Positions 52,236 to 61,399 of a stretch of DNA of 64,000 nt are shown one piece after another. A program made the translations under genes and the position numbers. How positions within the stretch are numbered: position 1 is the first letter of the stretch; the number at the start of each line of letters is the position of its first letter. Origin of the DNA: an uncultured Dehalococcoidia bacterium (lineage in GTDB: Bacteria > Chloroflexota > Dehalococcoidia > Lucifugimonadales > UBA3495); contig OX638345.1 of NCBI GenBank assembly GCA_951813535.1, positions 3,028,608-3,092,607 on the forward strand, in the 5' to 3' direction. Below the pieces are notes generated by a model. It was not told where the DNA came from. It made no database searches and saw only the letters and a program-made list of their open reading frames with translations.

Positions 52236-54968
52236 CTACGCATCCAGCTGAGCGATGATGTCCTCAATGCGCTGGCGCTCTTCGGTCAGCGAACGCAAAC
52301 GTTGGCGCTCATTCTCTACTACCTCAGGGCGGGCTTTGGAAACGAAGTTCGGGTTTGCCAGGAGCTGTTCCTTGCGCGTTTCATCCTGACGCCTGGAATC
52401 CAGCTCACGGCGCAAACGGTCAGACTCCGCCTGCAGGTCCACCCCCTCAAGGGGCAGGCGCACGACCAACGGATTGACCACCAGGCTGATGCCCGACATT
52501 GCCTCCGATTCTCCTGCATCCAGCACTCGCAAGGGCTCCACACGGGCCAGGACGCTGATTACCTCCTTCGCCTCCTCTACGACCGCCCCCATGCCATTGG
52601 TTTCAATCGCAGCCTCCAATTTCTGACCTGCTGGGATGCGCAACTGGGCGCGCATGTTTCGCACCGCTCGGACAGTCTGCATCACGACCTCCACATCGGA
52701 CTCGGCATCCGGCGCCGAGCGCGGAGTGTCGACCACGGGATACGAAGACACCATGATGGACGCCGGCAGGCCGACGCCGGTGGCGGAAATCCTGGCGGTC
52801 AGGTTTTGCCAGATTTCCTCGGTGACAAAGGGCATGAATGGGTGCAGGAGGCGCAGCGAACGCTCCAAAACGTGCACCAGGGTCGTCGCGGCAACGCCGG
52901 CGTCGGCGGAAGCGGCGTCGCGCAGCCGGACCTTGGCCATCTCGATATACCAGTCGCAGAAGTCGTTCCACGCGAAGTCATATATCTTCTGTTGAGCTTC
53001 GCCGAGTTCAAAGGCGGACAACGCCTGATTCACGGCGGCGGTCAGACCATCGAGCCGGCTGACGATCCAGCGGTCTTCGCGGTTCGCGGGAGCGGGAAGG
53101 TGGTACCAATCGCCCAACTCATCGTTGCCCGAAGCAGCCCTGGTTTCAACCACGCTGATCACGTACCGCGCGGCGTTCCAGATCTTGTTGGCAAAATTGC
53201 GGGCCGATTCCAGCTTTTCGTCGCTGAGCCGAAGGTTGTTTCCCGGAGCGGTGCCGGTAGTCAGCGCAAACCGCAGCGCGTCCGTGCCGTACTGTTCGAG
53301 CAGGTCCAGCGGGTCCAGCGTATTGCCGCGGGTCTTGCTCATCTTCTGGCCCTGGGCGTCAAGGACCATGCCGTGCAGGTAGACCGAACGGAATGGGACA
53401 TCACCGGTGTTTTCGATACCCAGCATGATCATGCGGGCAACCCAGAAGAACAGGATGTCGTAGCCCGTTTCCAGGACCGAGTTGGGGTAAAAGTATTCCA
53501 GGTCGGCCGATTGCGCGTCGGGCCATCCCAGGGTCGAATGGGGCCAGAGGCCGCTGCTGAACCATGTATCAAGAACATCGCTTTCCTGCTCGATATCCGC
53601 GCTGCCGCATTGGGAGCAGGCCGCGGGATCGTCGACGTGGGCGGAGTGACCGCCGCAGGCAGCGCAGTACCAGACCGGGATGCGATGGCCCCACCAGAGC
53701 TGCCGGCTGATGCACCAGTCCCGGATGTTCTCCAGCCAATTGAGATAAACACGCGAGAACCGGTCGGGCACGATCTCGATGTCCCGGTTAACCACAGCTC
53801 CGTAGGCGTTGCCGGCAATGGTGCCCGGTTGGTCGTGCTTGCCGACGTTCAGGAACCACTGGAGGCTGATGAGCGGTTCCACAACCTCATTGCAGCGTTG
53901 GCAGTGCCCCACGGAGTGGTGGTAGTCTTCCACGCCTTCAAGTACCCCGATGGCTTCGAGCTCGGCGACCACGGCGTCGCGAGCGGCGAAACGCTCCATG
54001 CCGGAGTACCTTGGACCGGCGGCGTCCGTCATGCACCCATCAAATCCGATGACGGTGAGTATGGGCAGGTTATGTCGCTCTCCGATTTCGAAGTCCACGA
54101 TATCGTGTCCGGGGGTGACCTTCAGCGCGCCGGTCCCGAACTCCATCTCAATGGCAGTGTCTCCAACCACCGGAATCTGACGGCCCGCAATGGGGAGGGT
54201 GACCATACCGCCGATCTTGTCAGCGTACCGCTCGTCTTCGGGATGAACCGCGACGCCGGTATCTCCCAGCATGGACTCGGGACGGGTGGTGGCTACAGTC
54301 ACCCCGTCGTCGGGATTGTCTGCGGAGGGATAGCGGATATGGTAGAGCTTGCCGTCCTGCTCCTCGTACTCGACTTCCAGATCGGACAGAGCCGTGGCGC
54401 AACGAGGGCACCAGTTGATGATGCGTTCGTGGCGATAGATGAGGCCCTTGTCGAACAGGTTCACAAAGGTGGTGCGGACGGCGTGGACTGGGCCAGGATC
54501 CAGGGTGAATCGCAGTCGCGACCAGTCGCAGGAGGCGCCCAGGCGGCGGTGCTGCTCGTCAATGGTGTTCCCATAGAGACGCACCCATTCCCAGACCCGT
54601 TCCTCGAACTTCTCGCGGCCAAGATCGTGCCGGCTGGTTCCTTCGGCGGCCAGGGCACGCTCGACCACCCACTGGGTCGCGATTCCGGCGTGATCCTTGC
54701 CGGGCAGCCAGAGGGTAGGGTCACCGCACATACGATGCCAGCGGGCGAGGGCGTCCTGAAGGCTGGCGGTAAGGGCATGCCCCAGGTGCAATTCCCCGGT
54801 GACGTTGGGCGGAGGCATCACGACGCAAAAGGGCTGTCTATCCGGGTCCGTGCGCGGTACGAAGTAACCGGCGTCCCACCAGGTCTGATAGATGCGCTGT
54901 TCGACCGAGGCGGCATCATAAGCACGGGGCATGGCGGAGGCAGAAGCAATCATCGTACCGTCCCACAA
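52236..54968 (-). CDS. valS: Valine--tRNA ligase
   Basis: PPPNVTGELHLGHAL (HIGH) and GQKMSKTRGN (KMSKS), with a C-terminal coiled coil. Start ambiguous: TTG 54968, ATG 54953 or ATG 54932. Confidence 0.95.
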   Translation of the reverse strand: MWDGTMIASASAMPRAYDAASVEQRIYQTWWDAGYFVPRTDPDRQPFCVVMPPPNVTGELHLGHALTASLQDALARWHRMCGDPTLWLPGKDHAGIATQWVVERALAAEGTSRHDLGREKFEERVWEWVRLYGNTIDEQHRRLGASCDWSRLRFTLDPGPVHAVRTTFVNLFDKGLIYRHERIINWCPRCATALSDLEVEYEEQDGKLYHIRYPSADNPDDGVTVATTRPESMLGDTGVAVHPEDERYADKIGGMVTLPIAGRQIPVVGDTAIEMEFGTGALKVTPGHDIVDFEIGERHNLPILTVIGFDGCMTDAAGPRYSGMERFAARDAVVAELEAIGVLEGVEDYHHSVGHCQRCNEVVEPLISLQWFLNVGKHDQPGTIAGNAYGAVVNRDIEIVPDRFSRVYLNWLENIRDWCISRQLWWGHRIPVWYCAACGGHSAHVDDPAACSQCGSADIEQESDVLDTWFSSGLWPHSTLGWPDAQSADLEYFYPNSVLETGYDILFFWVARMIMLGIENTGDVPFRSVYLHGMVLDAQGQKMSKTRGNTLDPLDLLEQYGTDALRFALTTGTAPGNNLRLSDEKLESARNFANKIWNAARYVISVVETRAASGNDELGDWYHLPAPANREDRWIVSRLDGLTAAVNQALSAFELGEAQQKIYDFAWNDFCDWYIEMAKVRLRDAASADAGVAATTLVHVLERSLRLLHPFMPFVTEEIWQNLTARISATGVGLPASIMVSSYPVVDTPRSAPDAESDVEVVMQTVRAVRNMRAQLRIPAGQKLEAAIETNGMGAVVEEAKEVISVLARVEPLRVLDAGESEAMSGISLVVNPLVVRLPLEGVDLQAESDRLRRELDSRRQDETRKEQLLANPNFVSKARPEVVENERQRLRSLTEERQRIEDIIAQLDA

Positions 54969-55133
54969 ATGAGCGCCAGCGAGGAGGCTTGCCCTACCTC
55001 ATCCGGCGACACGTCGACTATTGGAATTCTTTCAAAAAATGGTAGCACCGGGCAATCCGGCTTGTCCACACGAAGACCCCGCTTGCCGCATTGTCTGGTG
55101 GGTTGCCGTGCCTCTCCATCGACCGGGCCCTAA

Positions 55134-56447
55134 CAGGGTGTTGAAATGGGGCGTTGTCGGGTGGGGTGCAGGTGATGAAGGGTCGTGCGGCTCGGTGTGG
55201 ACGTATAGTTCGTTGGGGCGGCGGGCTGGTTGACGCTGGTTGCGGGGCGTTTGGTGGGCCCCGGTGGTTGAATGGGGGCGGTCGGGACAGACCTGTCCCA
55301 GGTTTTACGCTGACGCCGGCGTGAGTTTGGAAAGCCTGACCAGGTTGTAGCTGGCGGTGGTCAGCTCCATCCAGAACCGGTTGCGTTCCAATCCGCAGTA
55401 GCGCAGTTTCCGGCCGCCGCCCACCGTCTTCACCCAGCCAAAGACCTCCTCAACCCGTTTCCTGGCACGCTGGCTGAGGCGATACCCCTCGTGTCGGGTG
55501 GTGCGCCGGTCGATGGCCGAGCGCTGCTTCTGGGCCACATGCGGCGTTACCCGAGACTTTCTACTTCCCCTGACGAAACCCCGGGTGTCATAGCCGCGGT
55601 CAGCGCCCACGGTGATCCGTCCGGCGCCGGGCACCGCCTCCAGCATCTCCAACGCCGCGTCCCGTTCCGACGCGCCGCCAGCGGGCGTGAGACGCACGTC
55701 CACCACCAGTCCCTCCCGATTGTCCATCAGCACGTGAGCCCCAAAGCACAGCTTCGCTTCCTTCCCCTTGCCCTTCCTGGCCAGCCTGGCCTCCGGATCA
55801 GTGGTGGACCGGTGGGTATCGTTGCTGCGCCGCTCACCCCGAAAGTCCACCTCCGGATTGCGTCCACCATCAGATGGTGGCTCATCCTCGTCTCTGGGTC
55901 GGAAACTCTTCACCGACGCCCAGGCCTCCAACAGCGTCCCATCCACGCTGAAGTGTTCCTCAGAGAGCAACCTCTGCTCCCTGGCCTGCCCCACGATCTC
56001 CAGCAGAAACTCCCGCGCCACCTCGGCATCCAGCAACCGCTGCCGGTTCTTGGCAAACACCGAGTGGTCGAAACTGTGGTCCATGATGTTCAGGTCCAGA
56101 AACCACTTGAACAGCAGGTCGTACTCCAGCCGTTCGCAGAACTGCCGCTCGCTGCGCACCGAGAACAGCGCCATCAACAGACAGGCTTTCAGCAGGTGCT
56201 CCGGTGGGATCGACGCTCGGCCATTGGCCGCGTACATTCGGTCAAAGGTGGGTGAGAGCTGAGCCAGGGCCCGATCCACCATGGGCTTGATGCGCCGGAT
56301 GGGATGATGTTGGGGCACCAGGGCATCCGGCGTAACCGCCGTCAGCATCGTTGCCTGTCGAGCCGCTTTGCCTCTCATGGAAACCCTCACTACCGGGGAT
56401 GGCCCATCCTACCACCCGGCATTCACGCCCCAATTTTCAACACCCTG
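55134..56447 (-). mobile_element. IS5-family insertion sequence (single-ORF type, 1314 bp)
   Basis: Imperfect terminal inverted repeats CAGGGTGTTGAAATGGGGCG (55134-55153) and CGCCCCAATTTTCAACACCCTG (56426-56447). CTAA target-site duplication at 55130-55133 and 56448-56451. Confidence 0.9.
55305..56390 (-). CDS. IS5-family DDE transposase (InsH-like N-terminal domain)
   Basis: IPPEHLLKACLLMALFSVRSERQFCERLEYDLLFKWFL.. (DUF772-like N-terminus), ..VDGTLLEAWAS.., ..ITVGADRGYD.., RVEEVFGWVK. Confidence 0.9.
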   Translation of the reverse strand: MRVSMRGKAARQATMLTAVTPDALVPQHHPIRRIKPMVDRALAQLSPTFDRMYAANGRASIPPEHLLKACLLMALFSVRSERQFCERLEYDLLFKWFLDLNIMDHSFDHSVFAKNRQRLLDAEVAREFLLEIVGQAREQRLLSEEHFSVDGTLLEAWASVKSFRPRDEDEPPSDGGRNPEVDFRGERRSNDTHRSTTDPEARLARKGKGKEAKLCFGAHVLMDNREGLVVDVRLTPAGGASERDAALEMLEAVPGAGRITVGADRGYDTRGFVRGSRKSRVTPHVAQKQRSAIDRRTTRHEGYRLSQRARKRVEEVFGWVKTVGGGRKLRYCGLERNRFWMELTTASYNLVRLSKLTPASA

Positions 56448-56560
56448 CTAAAGCCCGTGTCGTGCCGACGCTGGGGCCAACCAACCCGGTCCCAGCCCCG
56501 GGCGCTCCACAACCGAAGACAGGGGGAGTCGAAACCACCGCCTGTCAATGGGTAGACTGT

Positions 56561-57445
56561 TTAGCCGGCCCGCCGCAGCCTGGGATCCAGGTAGTCCCGC
56601 AGCCAGTCGCCGAAGAAGTTGAACGCCATCACCACCACGGTGATCACCAGGCCGGGGAATAGCGCGATCCACCACGCCTGGGTCAGGAATTCGCGTCCTT
56701 CTGCCACCAGGATCCCCCACGCCGGATCGCCGGGGGCGAGGCCCAGACCCAGGAAACTGAGGGAAGCTTCCAGCAGAATGACCTGACCGACGCTCACACT
56801 GGTCAGCACCATGAGGGTGTTGATGACGTTGGGGAACAGGTGACGCCAGACTATCATGCCGGGCGAGACGCCGTAGATCTGCGCCAGAACGACGAAATCG
56901 CGGTCGCGAATGGCCAGGACTTCGCCGCGGATCATGCGGGCGAACCGAGCCCACTGCGTCGCGGCAATGGCAATCATCACGTTCCATACGCCGGTGCCCA
57001 GATACGTGACGATTAACAGAGCCACCAGGATTGACGGAAACCCCAGGACCGCGTCGGTAATACGCATCAACACGGAGTCGGCCCAGCGGCCCGAGTAACC
57101 GGATACCAACCCAACTATGGTTCCGGCCAGAATGGCGACGATCATGGACGGCGCCGTCACCTGCAACATGGTGCGGGCGCCGAATATCAGGCGGCTGAGC
57201 ATGTCCTTGCCCAGCCGGTCGGTGCCAAGGACGTGCTCGGAACTGGCGAACGGCGGCTGCAACTTGTTGCGCACGTCGTTGGCGCGCGGGTCGTGGGGAG
57301 CAACCAGGTTGGCGAAGGCAGCGCAGAAGATGATGATCAGCAGGATCGCGATTGGAACCCAGGGCAGCCGTGCGTCCTTGATGCGCTGCGCCATGGAGAC
57401 GGGAGCGCGCTCTTCAAGAACCAGCGCTGGAGTTTCTGCAGCCAA
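56561..57445 (-). CDS. ABC transporter permease (DppC/OppC-like)
   Basis: 6-TM BPD_transp_1 type with the EAA-like region SLSFLGLGLAPGDPAWG. Confidence 0.85.
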   Translation of the reverse strand: MAAETPALVLEERAPVSMAQRIKDARLPWVPIAILLIIIFCAAFANLVAPHDPRANDVRNKLQPPFASSEHVLGTDRLGKDMLSRLIFGARTMLQVTAPSMIVAILAGTIVGLVSGYSGRWADSVLMRITDAVLGFPSILVALLIVTYLGTGVWNVMIAIAATQWARFARMIRGEVLAIRDRDFVVLAQIYGVSPGMIVWRHLFPNVINTLMVLTSVSVGQVILLEASLSFLGLGLAPGDPAWGILVAEGREFLTQAWWIALFPGLVITVVVMAFNFFGDWLRDYLDPRLRRAG

Positions 57446-57468
57446 GGTTGCCCTCCCGGTGGAGATCG

Positions 57469-58434
57469 CTAGTTCATCCGAACCCGAGGGTCGGCGTAAC
57501 CGTAGAGAATGTCGACGACGAGGGCGGTCAGAATGTAGGCCGCGCCCGAGACCATGATTGCTCCCTCAACCTGAGGGAAGTTGTTGGAAAGCACGCCCTC
57601 CAGGAGCATGAGGCCCACGCCGGGCCAGGCAAACACCACCTCAACGACGACCGATCCGTTGAGAAGACCGGCGAGGCTGATCCCGCCAAAGGTGATGACC
57701 GGTATCAGCGCGTTCCGCGCGGCGTGCTTCCAGATGACGACCCGGTCGCTCATGCCCTTGACCTGGGCGAACTTGACGTAGTCGCTGTCCAGCACTTCAA
57801 GCATCGCCGATCTGGCCAGCCGCATGATCGCGGCGATGATAGCCAGAGCGAGAACGAATGCCGGCAAAACCAGATGAGCCAGCATATTGGGAATTTGCGA
57901 CCATGAGGGGAACCATCCGGTCATATCGCCTCTGCCGAATGCCGGGAGCCACCCCCAATAGCCGGCAAAAACAATGATCAGCATGATCGCTACCCAGAAT
58001 TGGGGCGCAGCCATGCCAAAGACGGCGAAGATCTTGCAAACCTTGTCGAGTACGGTGTCGCGCCTCACCGCCGAGATGATCCCTAACGGCACTCCGATGC
58101 CAATGGCCAGCACGGTTCCGGCGATGGCCAGATGCACCGTGGCCGGGATTCGCTCCAGCAGTATTTCCTGCACCGGCCGGCGGGCCGTAAACGACTGTCC
58201 GAAGTCCAGGCGGACCGCCTTGATCAGGAAGTTCCAGTACTGGACGATGAACGGCTTATCCAGGCCGTAGGCGGCCTTCTGTGCTTCGTACACCGACTCA
58301 TCGTGCTCCGCGGAGATGGGCAGCAGGAACCGGGCCGGATCACCGGTCAGATGCACACTGCCGAAAACGACAAAGCTGAGGGCAATCAGGGTGAGCAATC
58401 CCTCGCCAATGCGTCGCACGATGTATGTGGTCAT
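57469..58434 (-). CDS. ABC transporter permease (DppB/OppB-like)
   Basis: MTTYIVRRIGEGLLTLIALSFVVF.. is the typical DppB N-terminus. Contains SDYVKFAQVKGMS. Confidence 0.85.
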   Translation of the reverse strand: MTTYIVRRIGEGLLTLIALSFVVFGSVHLTGDPARFLLPISAEHDESVYEAQKAAYGLDKPFIVQYWNFLIKAVRLDFGQSFTARRPVQEILLERIPATVHLAIAGTVLAIGIGVPLGIISAVRRDTVLDKVCKIFAVFGMAAPQFWVAIMLIIVFAGYWGWLPAFGRGDMTGWFPSWSQIPNMLAHLVLPAFVLALAIIAAIMRLARSAMLEVLDSDYVKFAQVKGMSDRVVIWKHAARNALIPVITFGGISLAGLLNGSVVVEVVFAWPGVGLMLLEGVLSNNFPQVEGAIMVSGAAYILTALVVDILYGYADPRVRMN

Positions 58435-58539
58435 AACCCTAACCCAACAAACGATACAAACGATTTACTAGTCTTTGAGCGGTCGACGCCTGTCCGTGCT
58501 TTGGGATGGCGCCGACCGCTCGGGTACACCGGATATCGC

Positions 58540-60345
58540 CTACTTCAGTTTCAGCGTCCAGATCGCGGTGACGTACGGAACCAGGCTCCAGGGCTCGTAG
58601 GAGGCCACGTCGGCGCCCAGACCCCACGGAACGTTGGTGTTGAACCCGTCGCCCCAGTAGGTCTGGTCCTTCAGGTATGCGTACATCTCCGCATACGAGG
58701 CGGCCCGCGTGTCGGGATTGAGGTCCGACAGACCCTTTTGCACGACCGGAGTGGTGGTGCTGGCCCAGGGCTCGTTCTCGAAGTTGTCCACCGCACGCCA
58801 GGCGATTTCGGGGTTGAGGAACCCGCCCTGGGTGATGGAGGTGCCGTCGAACCGGCCTTCGTTGGTGCGCACCAGCACGTCGCCGGGGTATTCCCGGTTA
58901 TTCCACTGCTGTCGGGTTGATGCCGCGTCGCCTACCTTCACCTGAACGTCCCACCCGAGTCCTTCCGTCCAGAAGTCCTTGTAGAGCTGGGCCAGGTCGG
59001 GCAGCAAGGGCAGGTCCCCGGCTTCCCAGGTGTAGATGGTGAAGGAGATCTGCTCGCCATTGGCGTCGGTGCCGTCGCTGCCGTCGGCTCCGCCATACCC
59101 GATGGACATGAGCAGTTCGCGGGCCCGGTCAACATCGTAGGCTCGCGGCCGCAGGTCCTCGCTCCACCCCAGAGAGTTGGGGGTGACGTGGGCCCAGCTG
59201 TCGGCGTTCACCGACTCCGGCGTGTACAGGCCGTTGACGATGGCGTCCTTGTCAATGGCGTGTTCGGCGGCCTGGCGGGCTTCAACCGGGAAGCACCACA
59301 GCTCCTCGACCCAACAGTCCACGTACACCACCCAGTTGTAGGACGACTCCTTCTGCCAGGCAATGGACGCCCCATCGATGCTCTGGAGGTCGGGGATCAT
59401 GTTGATATTCGATTCGATCAGCTGGGCCTGCCCATTGCGGAGCGCAGCCAACCGACCAGCCGGCTCCGGTACGACCTCGATTGTCAGAGTGTCGAAGGTG
59501 ACGCTGCGGTCTTCTGAGAAGCCATTTGCGGTGGTCCAGAAGAAGTCGTCAAACTTCTCGAAGGAGTACTTCTGCTCCAGCACGAAATCGGTCACGCTCA
59601 TGGGCCCGATTCCGATGGGGTCGCTTTCGTAGCCTTCGAAGCCGGTGGCGCCGGCGCGTTCACGCATGGTGGCTTCGGGGACGATCATCGGGCTGGCGCC
59701 CTGGGAGTTCTCGGACCAGTTGAAGGCGAAGTCCAGGCGCACGGTCTTGAAGGTGACCTGTACCTGGTCGTCCCCTGGGCCCTTGCTCACGCCCTCAATG
59801 AGGTTTGCCAGGGCCACGTCGCGCGGCTCATAGTACGCCGTGTCCAGCAGTTCAAAGGCTTCCGCTCCGACCCGGCTGTTCAGGTTGAAGTACACGTCGT
59901 CGCGGGTGATGACGTTGCCGTCGTGGGCGGTGATGAACCCGTCGTTAACGGAGAATGTCCAGACCTTCCCGTCGTCGCTGACCGACCAGTCCTTGGCGAC
60001 GGCCGGGGTGAGTTCACTGCCGCCGGCTCCGCCCACCAGCGCGGTCTGGAAGATGCGCTGGAACTTGAGGTCTTCGCCTTCAGTCAGCAGCGGGTCGAAT
60101 TTGCCGTTTCCGATGTTGGTGACCAGCAAAGTGACGTGGCCGCCGGCTTCCTCGGCCATCATGGCCGCGGTGGCCTCGGGCATGGCCGTCGGGGCCGCCT
60201 CACCGGAACTGGCCGGGGCTGCCGTGGGCGCGGCCGAAGCAGCCGGCTCGTCGGACGCGCCGCCGCAGGCAACTGCGGCGATCAGACTTGCTCCCAAGCC
60301 GAACGCGGCCAGCAGCCGCAGGTTAATGTACCGTTTCAATCCCAT
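58540..60345 (-). CDS. ABC transporter substrate-binding lipoprotein, family 5 (peptide/nickel type)
   Basis: ATG 60345 follows AGGAGGGGAG. Signal peptide with AAVACGG lipobox. Size and pattern fit the SBP_bac_5 family. Confidence 0.8.
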   Translation of the reverse strand: MGLKRYINLRLLAAFGLGASLIAAVACGGASDEPAASAAPTAAPASSGEAAPTAMPEATAAMMAEEAGGHVTLLVTNIGNGKFDPLLTEGEDLKFQRIFQTALVGGAGGSELTPAVAKDWSVSDDGKVWTFSVNDGFITAHDGNVITRDDVYFNLNSRVGAEAFELLDTAYYEPRDVALANLIEGVSKGPGDDQVQVTFKTVRLDFAFNWSENSQGASPMIVPEATMRERAGATGFEGYESDPIGIGPMSVTDFVLEQKYSFEKFDDFFWTTANGFSEDRSVTFDTLTIEVVPEPAGRLAALRNGQAQLIESNINMIPDLQSIDGASIAWQKESSYNWVVYVDCWVEELWCFPVEARQAAEHAIDKDAIVNGLYTPESVNADSWAHVTPNSLGWSEDLRPRAYDVDRARELLMSIGYGGADGSDGTDANGEQISFTIYTWEAGDLPLLPDLAQLYKDFWTEGLGWDVQVKVGDAASTRQQWNNREYPGDVLVRTNEGRFDGTSITQGGFLNPEIAWRAVDNFENEPWASTTTPVVQKGLSDLNPDTRAASYAEMYAYLKDQTYWGDGFNTNVPWGLGADVASYEPWSLVPYVTAIWTLKLK

Positions 60346-60424
60346 TGTTTGGTCTCCCCTCCTGCTTTTCTTGGGTGACGGACAGCGCATGGCGCTATCA
60401 TGCCCACTTTACGGATGCCGAACG

Positions 60425-60453
60425 ATTAAACGAGGATGTCGCCTAGTTGTCAA
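60425..60453 (-). promoter_or_regulatory. Candidate promoter of the ABC importer operon
   Basis: Minus strand reads TTGACA-17 nt-TTTAAT in an AT-rich intergenic region, about 80 nt upstream of ATG 60345. Confidence 0.5.
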
Positions 60454-60567
60454 GTTATGATTACGAATTCATCCAACTAGCCAGCGAATTCGATTAACAA
60501 TTGTGCTAGCATAGCTACCGTAAACTTCTGCCATCGAGACCACAAGAACGCGGGCGGGAAAGCAGTC

Positions 60568-60900
60568 ATGTTCACTGCCACCAAACTGTTTTACATCATC
60601 AGCGCGGCTATAGTTGGCGCCGCTGCCGGCGGGTACGTGGCGTGGGCCATAGCCTCTCGATTCGCCAGGGTCGCCGAACTGAACGACCGGGCCATCGTGG
60701 AGCCGCACGTGCTGGTCGTGCTCTGCGTGGCGGGGGCCCTGATCGCTTTCCCGCTGGGAGCGGCGGCAGGACTATTCGGAGCCGTCGTGGTCAACCGCGT
60801 GGTCGACTACCTGCGCCGCTCCCAGGGCAGCGGAGGCAAGGCCGACAACGTCTCGTGGGTGACCCAACGTCCGGCCGGCGAAGACCGGCCCGGCGAGTAA
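60568..60900 (+). CDS. Hypothetical small membrane protein
   Basis: Two hydrophobic segments (LFYIISAAIVGAAAGGYVAWAI and VLVVLCVAGALIAFPLGAAAGLFGAVVV). No recognisable family. Confidence 0.4.
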   Translation: MFTATKLFYIISAAIVGAAAGGYVAWAIASRFARVAELNDRAIVEPHVLVVLCVAGALIAFPLGAAAGLFGAVVVNRVVDYLRRSQGSGGKADNVSWVTQRPAGEDRPGE

Positions 60901-60945
60901 GCCCGGTATAATTGGCGCCAATCCGCATCACCCAGGAGTTGTCTC

Positions 60946-61314
60946 ATGCCCCAGTTCGTGCGTGTTTTCACCGGCCCGGACGGCCAGTCCCGTCTCGAGC
61001 ATTACGAACCACCCTTCGAGGATTTCCTCGACACCGAAGGATCCTACGGCCGGGGCACCCCCATGCAGGCAACCAGCGGCATGACGATCCGCATCTCGCC
61101 CCCCGACTACTTCCTGGACTTCCACTGCGCCCCCCGGCGGCAGTACACCGTGACTTTGGCCGGGCAGGCGGAGATCGGGCTCAGCGACGGCAGCACCTAT
61201 CGCGTGGGCCCCGGGGACGTCCTGCTGGCTGAAGATTTGACTGGAGAGGGCCACACGACCCGCGTGGTCGGCGAAGAGCAGCGGGTCTACCTGGTTATCC
61301 CCCTGGCGGACTAA
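60946..61314 (+). CDS. Cupin domain protein (paralog of 15942..16310)
   Basis: MPQFVRVFTGPDGQSRLEH..FHCAPRRQYTVTLAGQAEIGLSDGSTYRVGPGDVLLAEDLTGEGHTT is collinear with the 16310 cupin. Confidence 0.7.
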   Translation: MPQFVRVFTGPDGQSRLEHYEPPFEDFLDTEGSYGRGTPMQATSGMTIRISPPDYFLDFHCAPRRQYTVTLAGQAEIGLSDGSTYRVGPGDVLLAEDLTGEGHTTRVVGEEQRVYLVIPLAD

Positions 61315-61399
61315 CGAGCAGGTTCCGTCGCTGGCGCCGGAACGGCAATCCGGGAGCGGCCCGCGCCTGTCGTTTGCGGCATGACATTGGAATAGCCCC

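Noticed and set aside
52155-55133. 992-aa plus-strand ORF, the longest in the track
   Set aside because: It is exactly antisense to valS, which carries HIGH (HLGH) and KMSKS (KMSKT) motifs. The plus-frame product is low-complexity Gly/His/Val/Arg.
54969-55133. Possible T-box or attenuator leader upstream of valS (GGTGCTACC followed by a T-run on the minus strand)
   Set aside because: I could not find a specifier loop with a Val codon, an AGAGA/GA motif, the canonical T-box 14-mer, or a convincing terminator/antiterminator pair. Only 165 bp remain before the IS. I left it as an untested idea, not a feature.
55141-55300. G-rich, GT-skewed tract with repeated TTGAA(A)TGGGG units (G-quadruplex or array-like appearance)
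   Set aside because: It lies inside the IS left end. It is best explained as subterminal transposase-binding repeats plus the transposase gene's terminator hairpin (GGGACAG-ac-CTGTCCC). It has no CRISPR-like regular spacing.
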